A DNA stretch of 31,991 nt from Clostridia bacterium (GTDB lineage: Bacteria; Bacillota; Clostridia; Oscillospirales; Acutalibacteraceae), in contig JAFVWD010000090.1 in assembly GCA_017501865.1 (NCBI GenBank), positions 1 through 31,991 of the forward strand, read 5' to 3'. A model generated the notes under the pieces. It had not been told where the DNA came from. It searched no databases and saw only the letters and a list, made by a program, of their open reading frames with translations. Both the position numbers and the translations under genes were made by a program. Of the stretch, positions 19,365-27,053 are shown piece after piece (the first letter of the stretch is position 1; every line of letters begins with the position of its first letter).

Positions 19365-19694
19365 ATGAATGAAATTTTTGCGTCATATCTGCAATTTGCT
19401 GAAAACTTTTTAGTATTATTTATATTACCGTTTTGTATCGGTACTATTCTAAGAACCGTTTTCAGAAAAAAGAAAAAGGGGGTTATTATAACTATTGTTC
19501 TCGGAGTAATTTCTGCAATAATGTATTTTATGGTTTATACAGATTCGGCTGCCACCGTTTTTGGTATCACTTTACGAGAATCGTTTGCATTTTTTTCAAT
19601 GGGGGTTTTAATGGTCTTTGTAGGTTCACTTATAACAGAAATAGTCTTGGCAATTATTAAAAGAAAAAAGGATAACAACAGCATTTCTGCATAA
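19365..19694 (+). CDS. Small membrane protein (about 3 TM segments), function unknown
   Basis: RBS GAAAGGAG; three hydrophobic segments separated by lysine-rich loops. Confidence 0.7.
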   Translation: MNEIFASYLQFAENFLVLFILPFCIGTILRTVFRKKKKGVIITIVLGVISAIMYFMVYTDSAATVFGITLRESFAFFSMGVLMVFVGSLITEIVLAIIKRKKDNNSISA

Positions 19695-19717
19695 AATCCT
19701 AAAAAAATCCAATACTA
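19689..19717 (+). promoter_or_regulatory. Possible forespore sigma (SigG-like) promoter
   Basis: GCATA-N17-AATACTA, compared with the Bacillus SigG-type consensus of roughly GCATA-N17/18-CATACTA. Confidence 0.35.
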
Positions 19718-19743
19718 CTAAAAACAGTAAAGGAGTTTTCAGT

Positions 19744-20178
19744 ATGATTGAACAAGATACTATTAAATTACTTCGCGAATGTGATGCGGGTGTTAAAATG
19801 GGAATTGCATCAATTGATGATGTATTAGATTATGTTAAAAGTCAGAAATTAAAGGATTTTTTAATTGACTGCAAAAATGAACATGTAACTTTGGACAGAG
19901 AAATTGGTGAAGAGCTTAACAGATTTAAGGATGAGGGTAAAAATCCAAATCCTATAGCAAAAACTATGTCTTCTATGAAAACAAATATGAAGCTTGCTAT
20001 GAAAGAATCTGATAAGACTATCGCAGACTTAATGACTGATGGTTGCGATATGGGAGTTAAATCCCTCAATAAATATTTAAACGAATATGAAGCTGCAGAA
20101 GAATTTGCAAAGGATATTTGCAAAAGACTTATTAAATTAGAAGAAAAGCTCCGTAGTGAAATAAAACAATATTTATAA
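19744..20178 (+). CDS. Conserved helical hypothetical protein, possibly ferritin-like fold
   Basis: RBS AAGGAG. All-helical 144 aa with two internally similar halves (LLRECDAGVKMGIASIDDVL / LMTDGCDMGVKSLNKYL). Confidence 0.65.
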   Translation: MIEQDTIKLLRECDAGVKMGIASIDDVLDYVKSQKLKDFLIDCKNEHVTLDREIGEELNRFKDEGKNPNPIAKTMSSMKTNMKLAMKESDKTIADLMTDGCDMGVKSLNKYLNEYEAAEEFAKDICKRLIKLEEKLRSEIKQYL

Positions 20179-20185
20179 CAAAAAT

Positions 20186-20222
20186 ACGGGATATGAAGCC
20201 TTTAAAAGGTTTTATATCCCGT
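20186..20222. terminator. Bidirectional terminator between convergent genes
   Basis: ACGGGATATGAAGCCTT / AAGGTTTTATATCCCGT, flanked by A-rich and T-rich tracts. Confidence 0.75.
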
Positions 20223-20230
20223 TTCTGTTT

Positions 20231-21076
20231 TTATCCTTCAGCTGCTTTTATTTCTGCCTCTTTAACAGATTCCTGCTCTTCATGGTATTCGTGGGCTTCC
20301 TTGTTTGCTTTCTTTACTTTTTCAAGCAAACCGTCCTCGTTAATATCACTGTAGAGGAAATTTCTTACTTCAACAAAATTGTCATAATCAGAAGCAATGC
20401 CCTCTTCCATTGGTGGCTCTAACCTACAATCAATACCTTTAAAGGTAACACCTGCTTTATCAAATCTTTCTTTTATTTCTAAAAGAATTTCACTGAGCTT
20501 TTCTTCGGTTACAGCTTCATCATATACACTAATAATAAGCTTACCTGATTTTGCACCTAATTCTCTTATATCATAAGTTTTGTCGAGTACAAGTTCTTCT
20601 TTCTGAAGTGCGAAATCCGGGTGTTTCTCATCTACGGGGTAATCACTTAAAACACAAGGTATTTCACCATAGGCTATAAAGTAATTTTTAGGAAAATCCT
20701 TTGACTCGGTAACACTTTTCACCAAATTTCTGTAATCCTCATCAAGTCTGCAGGCTGTGTTCCATCCGCTTGTAACATCGTCGTAGGTGTCTAGTGTAAG
20801 CTTGCCTGTAAAGTTAAATGATAAAGTAAAATGACTGTCAATACTTGTAGGTGATGTTATTTTTGCACTATAATCACATGTTTTAAAGTCGTAAATTACC
20901 TCTTCAATCTGAAAATCGGTTGAGCCGTATGTTTTTTCTAAATGCGCTTTAGCTCCTTTAGTTGCTAAATACTTTGAAACGGGATTTCCGACAAACGCGT
21001 TTGCAAAAACGCCAACACCTATAATTAATATAATTGCTAATACCATTGCTATAGCTTTTAATATTTTCTTTTTCAT
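20231..21076 (-). CDS. Membrane-anchored exported protein (YfjL-like N-terminus), third gene of an ECF operon
   Basis: N-terminal TM/signal anchor followed by FVGNPVSKYLA...HLEKTY; RBS AAGGAG; 2 nt from the anti-sigma gene. Confidence 0.7.
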   Translation of the reverse strand: MKKKILKAIAMVLAIILIIGVGVFANAFVGNPVSKYLATKGAKAHLEKTYGSTDFQIEEVIYDFKTCDYSAKITSPTSIDSHFTLSFNFTGKLTLDTYDDVTSGWNTACRLDEDYRNLVKSVTESKDFPKNYFIAYGEIPCVLSDYPVDEKHPDFALQKEELVLDKTYDIRELGAKSGKLIISVYDEAVTEEKLSEILLEIKERFDKAGVTFKGIDCRLEPPMEEGIASDYDNFVEVRNFLYSDINEDGLLEKVKKANKEAHEYHEEQESVKEAEIKAAEG

Positions 21077-21078
21077 AA

Positions 21079-21627
21079 TTATTTCTCCTTTCTAAGAGCA
21101 AACTCAATTAAACCTGCTATTAAAATTCCTATAAATACAAATATTGTGAAAATTGCTGTCCAGAAGAAAACTCCTGAAAATTCAATATCTACCCAGCCAA
21201 ACTGACTTGCTAAAAAGTTGATTAGCAAAAGAAGCACAGGCAATTTGTAAAATGCGCTGAATCTGAAAATTATATACCCGAACACTCCTACAACAGGCAT
21301 TATTATGCTGTTGTAAAAGACGTTTTCGTTATCCATTGAAAGGAAACCGAAAAATATGAAAAATATAATGAGCAAATAAGAAATGCTGTGCATTTGCAAA
21401 TTCATTTTTTTCATTATCTTCTTAAATGGCTTACCCTTTTGTGCATCTGTCACTTTTTCATCCTTTATTACGGGTGTAAAATCATCCTCTTTAAAAACAG
21501 AAAGCTCTGCTTTACATTCCGGGCATTTCTCTAAGTGTGCTTCTATGAACTCACTTGTTTCCTTGCTCACCATCGACTCCAGGTACAACGGTAATAAATC
21601 CATAACTATTTTACATTCATTGTTCAT
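21079..21627 (-). CDS. Zinc-binding (zf-HC2/ZAS) anti-sigma factor with about 4 TM helices
   Basis: CKIVMDLLPLY...HLEKCPEC (HxxxCxxC); hydrophobic C-terminal half; ATGA overlap with the sigma gene. Confidence 0.88.
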   Translation of the reverse strand: MNNECKIVMDLLPLYLESMVSKETSEFIEAHLEKCPECKAELSVFKEDDFTPVIKDEKVTDAQKGKPFKKIMKKMNLQMHSISYLLIIFFIFFGFLSMDNENVFYNSIIMPVVGVFGYIIFRFSAFYKLPVLLLLINFLASQFGWVDIEFSGVFFWTAIFTIFVFIGILIAGLIEFALRKEK

Positions 21628-22121
21628 TTTCTCGCTTCCTCCAATCTTTGTTTAATCTTACTTCTTGCGCGGTGATAAGTGACACAAGCCCAATTTTCAT
21701 TTTTATTGAAAATTTGTGCTATTTCCTTAAAGCTCAACTCAGCGTAAATACGCCACATAAAAACCTCTTTGTACGGTTCTTCAAGAGCTTTAACTATTTC
21801 TCTTATTGCATCCGCTTCAATTTTACTTGCAACCTCTTCTGCAACATCCTTGCTGTAATCTGTTATATTTACAAGCTGTTCTTCGTCAGAGGTCTCTATT
21901 TTAGAATTCTTTTTCAGGTAAGTGAAATAACTGTTTTTTGCTATCTGACAAAGCCAGACTCTTACTTCACACTCACCTCTGAAGCTGTCTATTGACTTTA
22001 AGGCTTTGAAAAATGTTTCACTTGTTATTTCCTCCGCAATATGCTCATTACCTGACAATCTTTTTATATAAAGATAAACATCATTAAAATATTCTTTATA
22101 CACTTTCTCAAAATCTGTCAC
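21624..22121 (-). CDS. ECF-type RNA polymerase sigma factor
   Basis: AEEITSETFFKA, VWLCQIAKN, LSFKEIAQIF...YHRAR; GTG start after GAAAGGGGTG. Confidence 0.92.
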   Translation of the reverse strand: MTDFEKVYKEYFNDVYLYIKRLSGNEHIAEEITSETFFKALKSIDSFRGECEVRVWLCQIAKNSYFTYLKKNSKIETSDEEQLVNITDYSKDVAEEVASKIEADAIREIVKALEEPYKEVFMWRIYAELSFKEIAQIFNKNENWACVTYHRARSKIKQRLEEARK

Positions 22122-22142
22122 TTTTTCACCCCTTTCACCTAT

Positions 22143-22170
22143 ATGACTACTGAGATTAAAAAATCTTACA
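22143..22170 (-). promoter_or_regulatory. Possible autoregulatory ECF promoter
   Basis: Minus strand TGTAAG-N16-AGTCAT just upstream of the RBS; loosely resembles ECF -35/-10 pairs. Confidence 0.35.
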
Positions 22171-22205
22171 ACTTTTTTAAAATTATATCATATTTTTTAA
22201 AAATT

Positions 22206-22245
22206 AACAGCCCGACGAAAGATTTTTACCTTTCATCGGGCTGTT
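22206..22245 (-). terminator. Terminator after the isochorismatase-family gene
   Basis: AACAGCCCGA / TCGGGCTGTT outer stem with an inner GAAAG/CTTTC stem; T-rich tract on the minus strand. Confidence 0.7.
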
Positions 22246-22251
22246 TATTAA

Positions 22252-22803
22252 TTACTTTATACAAGCGATTCCTTGTAAATCTTCGAGTGTTTCTATCTTT
22301 TTATGAACTATGCATTTCTCGCCAATCATTTTTTCAATGAATTTTATACCTTTCATATGTGTAATGGCAGAGCCGTCATAAGGTATGCAGTAATCAGCAA
22401 GAACCAGCGGTTTGATATCTAATTCAAAAAGGTCAAGTGCACTTTTTAAAATTGATGTGTCTGTACCTATACCGCAAAGGAATAATTCAATCGGACTATC
22501 TCCGTCATTGATTTTAGTAATTTTTTCTACAAAATCTTCTGTAACACAAGAATAAACACTTCTGTTAATAACTAAATCGGCTGTAAGCTCATCTATTAAC
22601 TCAATTTCCTTTCCCTTGTGCATATCATAATATCTGTGATATTTCGGGAATACACCGTCATCTCTGTTAACAAATTTTACACAAACAACTCTGTCAAAAA
22701 GCTTTTTATGATCTAACTCAATTACTTTTGCAGCCAAAGCTTTCTTTTCGTCTGTATTAACAATTCCGTTTTGCATATCCATAACCAATAAAATATTTTT
22801 CAT
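22252..22803 (-). CDS. Isochorismatase/cysteine-hydrolase fold protein with an atypical active site
   Basis: LLVMDMQNG, RSVYS, GIGTDTSILKSALDLFE, LADYC; RBS GAGG. Confidence 0.82.
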   Translation of the reverse strand: MKNILLVMDMQNGIVNTDEKKALAAKVIELDHKKLFDRVVCVKFVNRDDGVFPKYHRYYDMHKGKEIELIDELTADLVINRSVYSCVTEDFVEKITKINDGDSPIELFLCGIGTDTSILKSALDLFELDIKPLVLADYCIPYDGSAITHMKGIKFIEKMIGEKCIVHKKIETLEDLQGIACIK

Positions 22804-22904
22804 ATAAACCTCACAAATGTATATTTATTTTTAAAACCGGATAGTAAAAGGGATGTGCTGACAGCATTTATGCTGTTTAAAATAGGAAATTGCGTATTTT
22901 AAAA

Positions 22905-23072
22905 TTATTCTTTATTTTTATTGTCAGCCATAGAACCGAATTTATTAAGTAAAACTATACTTAAAATTATGATTCCGACAACAATAAATATTCCTGCCAT
23001 ACCTGCTGCTGAACACAGCAATGATTCTATAAATTCAGGAGCAGTAAAAAGCTTTATAAGTTTATCTAACAT
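22905..23072 (-). CDS. 55-aa single-TM protein, OadG-like (decarboxylase gamma subunit); not in the ORF track
   Basis: Manual translation: MLDKLIKLFTAPEFIESLLCSAAGMAGIFIVVGIIILSIVLLNKFGSMADNKNKE*. RBS GAGGTG; starts 19 nt after the oadB stop; GMxGIF TM signature. Confidence 0.75.
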   Translation of the reverse strand: MLDKLIKLFTAPEFIESLLCSAAGMAGIFIVVGIIILSIVLLNKFGSMADNKNKE

Positions 23073-23091
23073 AATTTACACCTCTTATTTA

Positions 23092-24252
23092 TTAACCAAA
23101 GAAATTAAGAATCATACCGCCGGCAATAACCGAAGCAACCTGACCTGAAACGTTAACACCTGTTGCGTGCATAAGAAGGAAGTTCTGATTATCTTCTTCA
23201 AGACCCATTTTATGAACAACACGTGAAGACATCGGGAAAGCAGAAATACCTGCCGCACCTATCATAGGATTGATTTTTTTGTCCTTTGGTAAGAAAAGGT
23301 TTATAAGCTTTGCAAAAAGTACACCGCCTGCTGTGTCGAAAATGAAAGCAACAAGACCAAGACCAAGAATGAGAGCTGTTTCCCATTTTAAGAATTTTGC
23401 CGCATTCATATTTGTTGCAACAGTAATACCTAAGAGAATTGTTACAAGATTTGCAAGAACCTTCTGTGCTGTTTCTGAAAGTGAATCGAGAACACCGCAT
23501 TCTCTTATAAGGTTACCGAACATAAGGAAGCCAACAAGTGCAACTGACTGTTGAGAAACAAGACCAACAATTACTGTTACTACTATCGGGAAGAGGATTT
23601 TTGTTCTCTTTGAAACTGCCTTACCTTCATATTTCATTCTTATAAGACGTTCTTTTTTAGTTGTAAGAAGCTTAATAACAGGTGGCTGAACAATAGGAAC
23701 AAGAGCCATATAAGAATATGCTGCAACAATAATTGCACCTATGTTCTGTGAGCCTAATTCGTTAGCAACGAAAATTGATGTAGGACCGTCTGCCGCACCT
23801 ATAACAGCTATTGAAGCAGCCTCTTTAATAGGGAAGCCTAAAAGAGTTGCCATTGAAAGTGTGAAGAAAATACCAAACTGTGCCGCTGCACCGAAAATCA
23901 TAAGCTTCGGGTTAGAAAGAAGCGGACCGAAGTCAATCATAGCGCCTATGCCTATGAAAAGAAGGAGAGGGAAGAGTTCGTTTGCAATACCTGCATTATA
24001 AAGAATTTTTATAGCGCCCTCTTCACTTATAACACCTACCATTTCTGCAAGTGGTAAGTTTACAAGAATTGTACCAAATCCCATTGGCAAAAGAAGTGTC
24101 GGTTCCATATCCTTTGCAATTGCAAGATAAATAAGAAGACCGCCGATTGCCCACATTACTACCATTGGAATTACCTCTGAGGTAAAATCCATTTGCATCG
24201 TGCCGTCAAAAATTGCAAGAATTTTCTGACCGATATTAATAAGAGTTTCCAT
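23092..24252 (-). CDS. oadB: Sodium-translocating decarboxylase beta subunit
   Basis: MEPTLLLPMGFG, LFPLLLFIGIGAMIDFGPL, IGAADGPTSIF, NPMIGAAGISAFPMSSRV, HATGVNVSGQVAS. Confidence 0.95.
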   Translation of the reverse strand: METLINIGQKILAIFDGTMQMDFTSEVIPMVVMWAIGGLLIYLAIAKDMEPTLLLPMGFGTILVNLPLAEMVGVISEEGAIKILYNAGIANELFPLLLFIGIGAMIDFGPLLSNPKLMIFGAAAQFGIFFTLSMATLLGFPIKEAASIAVIGAADGPTSIFVANELGSQNIGAIIVAAYSYMALVPIVQPPVIKLLTTKKERLIRMKYEGKAVSKRTKILFPIVVTVIVGLVSQQSVALVGFLMFGNLIRECGVLDSLSETAQKVLANLVTILLGITVATNMNAAKFLKWETALILGLGLVAFIFDTAGGVLFAKLINLFLPKDKKINPMIGAAGISAFPMSSRVVHKMGLEEDNQNFLLMHATGVNVSGQVASVIAGGMILNFFG

Positions 24253-24308
24253 AATATCTTTCCTTTTCTGTTTTTTTGATTTGTTAACACCAAATCATCG
24301 CATTCTAC

Positions 24309-24337
24309 ATTATATTACATTTTTCCCATTTTTTCAA
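24309..24337 (-). promoter_or_regulatory. SigA promoter of oadB-oadG
   Basis: Minus strand TTGAAA-N17-TATAAT. Confidence 0.75.
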
Positions 24338-24511
24338 TACCAAAGTAATCACAAAAAATTATTGACAAAACATTGACTATATATACAAAAAGACTACTAT
24401 AACGCAAAATATTGACTCATATGTATAAACTACCGAAAAACAACTGATTTTATGTCGGGTAGCAGTGCTCTTTAAATTCCGGAATTCTCTTTTCCGTATA
24501 TTTTCATAAGT

Positions 24512-24548
24512 TAAGGGTTCCTGCAGGTAAGTCCTGCAAGAACCCTTA
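24512..24548. terminator. Palindrome downstream of GH38 (terminator or REP-like)
   Basis: TAAGGGTTC-C-TGCAGG taagt CCTGCA-A-GAACCCTTA; no clear U-tract on either strand. Confidence 0.55.
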
Positions 24549-24583
24549 GGCTATGTTAAATTTTGTTGACTGCGATTTTACAA

Positions 24584-27052
24584 TTAAACTATTCCTTCAA
24601 GGAAATTTGTTTCTAAAACTGTTAAATCCTTTCTTACGCGGAATGTTTTCACTTCATGCTTTGAAATATCAAACCAGAATCCGTTGTCGAAGAGCTTTGA
24701 CATTAACATTCCTCTTGTTCTTTCTTCGCCCTTTGTTTCATAAAGACGTATAATCAAATCTCCGCTACCGTCTTCAGAACGTTTTACTGCAGTTATTAAT
24801 ACGTTGTCACAATCTGTGTACATAAAGCTGTCAGTCGGATCAAGAGGACCTTTATGGTAGCTTTCCGGAACTACCGCAACATTATTGTTAAAAATGTGTG
24901 CTTCTTTAACAACCTCACTGCTTTCTGCTTCACCATTGTGAAGATATATTCCGTAAGAGAATCTGTTCATACCTTCATCAGTAAAATCGAAGTTTGCTTC
25001 AGGACGGTCTGAGTAGTGGTCGGCAAAAATAACATTTCTTAATACAGTAAGTCTCAGCTCTGTATCAGGACAGTCATAGCTGTATTTTGAATCACTCATT
25101 ATAGAAATACCTGTTCTCTTGCCGTTTTTGGTAACGGTTAAATCTGCCCAGTTAAGTGCAGGCTCTTCTTCACCGTTACACGGGCGTTTTATAAATCCGC
25201 CGGGAACCTCATAGGTAGAAATTTCTTCACTGCCACCTACAGGGAATGCCATTTTGAGCATAGAGAATTTTTCCTGCCAGAGTGCTTTGCAATCTACTCT
25301 TAAAGTCTTCTGACCCTTTGCAAGAATAAAATCCTGAGTAAGGTAAGACTCGTTAAACGAATGTACCGTACGAATAACACTTCTGAGCGGACCTTCTTCA
25401 ATACGTTTTATTGAAACGAGCTGCATAAGTCCCTTAATATCGTGGAATTTAAACACATTATGTGCCCAGGTGTCTGTTTCTAAATCATTTATAACTGTTG
25501 GTATAGCAACAAAATTGTCACCTGCAAACTCAACACCGTTTTCTTTATTGACAAGATTTTTAATGTAGCCTGTGGTTGTGTCGAACGAAACCATAATATG
25601 CTCATTTTCCATAAAGAAATTCTGTTCAACGGTTATTTCTTTTTCTGCTTTTTCGTCAACAGCCTTTTCAAGCCAATATGTAGCATAACCCAAAGGCTTA
25701 ACACTTGCCATAAATAATGTGTCAAGATGACTGTCGTTTGAACGTGATGCTCTTACATTCTGAAAAACAACATCATTACCGTCGCTGTCCTTAACACCTT
25801 TTGATGCGTGGTGAACTCTTACAGGAATTTCTATATTGTAAGAATGAGGATTAAACACAACAACAGGGCGCGGAAAGCCTTTTTCCAAAGCCATCTGATT
25901 AGTTGTATTTTCTAAAACGGCTTCATCTACACCGTCTATCCATGTATCAATTTTTCTTGCAATTCTGAGAACCGCATTGTTATATGCTTTCGAAGCAACT
26001 GTCAGAGCATAGCCCTCAGATTCTTTTACATCTTCATAAGCCTCTCTTATTGAGCAGCCGCATAAAATGTCATGGAACTGATTAAAGCAAACCTCCTGCC
26101 ATGCCTTTTTGAATTCACAGGTTTCTGCCTTTGAATCTACAACTATTGAAGAAACAGTATCCCACTTTTCAGCAGCAGAAAGAAGATTTTCTGCTTTTCT
26201 GTTAAGCTCTTTTACAAGCGATGTTGCACTGTAGCAGCCACTTGCATGGTGTTGCATTTCATCATTCCAGGACGGTAAATCAAGAGGCTGAGTCATTAAC
26301 TCCTCAAAGAAATCGTCCGGTGAGCTGAATTCAAGGTCATTAAAGCCTTCTCTTTTAAGGTTAAGCTTTAAGTACTCAATATCTCCCTTTGTAGGTCCGC
26401 CGCCGTGGTTTCCTACACCGTAGAAGAGCATCATTCCGTGGCCTGTTTCATTTGCTCTTTCTTCCATATCTGCCATTTTTCTGTCGAGTGCTTCCTTGCC
26501 GTTTGAACCATAGCCGTCAGGAATTCTGTATGTCATAATTCTCGAACCGTCAGCACTGTCCCACCAGAAAAGGTTTTCAGGAATTTCTTTATTTTCGTGT
26601 GTTCCGGGGCGATGCATTACATAACCGGTCATTCCCGATTTTTTAAGGAATTGAGGTAAAAATGCACTATGTCCGAAGGAATCTACATTGTAGCCTGTTT
26701 TGCAGATTTTGCCGAATTTTTCATAATAGTAAAGCTGGCTGTAAAGCGCCTGACGTGCAAAGCTTTCGCCGCTCGGCATATTGCAGTCGGGCTGAACCCA
26801 CCAACCGTTTACGGGTACCCATCTGCCTTTTTTTACCATCTTTTTTATTTCTTCAAACATCTGCGGGTCAATATCTTCAACCCATTTATAATATGCGGCA
26901 GAGGAGCAGGTGAAAACAAAATCGTCATATTCCTGCAATCTGTCAAGTGCACTTCTGAATGTCTGTAAAACCTCACCGCAGCCCTCTTGCCAGCGCCAGA
27001 GCCATATTGGGTCAAGGTGAGCATTACCTATAAGTCTTATGTTTTTATCCAT
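24584..27052 (-). CDS. Glycoside hydrolase family 38 alpha-mannosidase
   Basis: GNAHLDPIWLW (zinc ligands), QPDCNMPSGESFARQ, nucleophile motif VDSFGH, YGVGNHGGGP, NQFHDILCG. Start at ATG 27052 after GGAGG. Confidence 0.93.
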   Translation of the reverse strand: MDKNIRLIGNAHLDPIWLWRWQEGCGEVLQTFRSALDRLQEYDDFVFTCSSAAYYKWVEDIDPQMFEEIKKMVKKGRWVPVNGWWVQPDCNMPSGESFARQALYSQLYYYEKFGKICKTGYNVDSFGHSAFLPQFLKKSGMTGYVMHRPGTHENKEIPENLFWWDSADGSRIMTYRIPDGYGSNGKEALDRKMADMEERANETGHGMMLFYGVGNHGGGPTKGDIEYLKLNLKREGFNDLEFSSPDDFFEELMTQPLDLPSWNDEMQHHASGCYSATSLVKELNRKAENLLSAAEKWDTVSSIVVDSKAETCEFKKAWQEVCFNQFHDILCGCSIREAYEDVKESEGYALTVASKAYNNAVLRIARKIDTWIDGVDEAVLENTTNQMALEKGFPRPVVVFNPHSYNIEIPVRVHHASKGVKDSDGNDVVFQNVRASRSNDSHLDTLFMASVKPLGYATYWLEKAVDEKAEKEITVEQNFFMENEHIMVSFDTTTGYIKNLVNKENGVEFAGDNFVAIPTVINDLETDTWAHNVFKFHDIKGLMQLVSIKRIEEGPLRSVIRTVHSFNESYLTQDFILAKGQKTLRVDCKALWQEKFSMLKMAFPVGGSEEISTYEVPGGFIKRPCNGEEEPALNWADLTVTKNGKRTGISIMSDSKYSYDCPDTELRLTVLRNVIFADHYSDRPEANFDFTDEGMNRFSYGIYLHNGEAESSEVVKEAHIFNNNVAVVPESYHKGPLDPTDSFMYTDCDNVLITAVKRSEDGSGDLIIRLYETKGEERTRGMLMSKLFDNGFWFDISKHEVKTFRVRKDLTVLETNFLEGIV

Positions 27053-27053
27053 A

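Noticed and set aside
22921-23148. 75-aa plus-strand ORF in the track
   Set aside because: It is the antisense shadow of the oadG-like gene, which has the RBS and the operon context.
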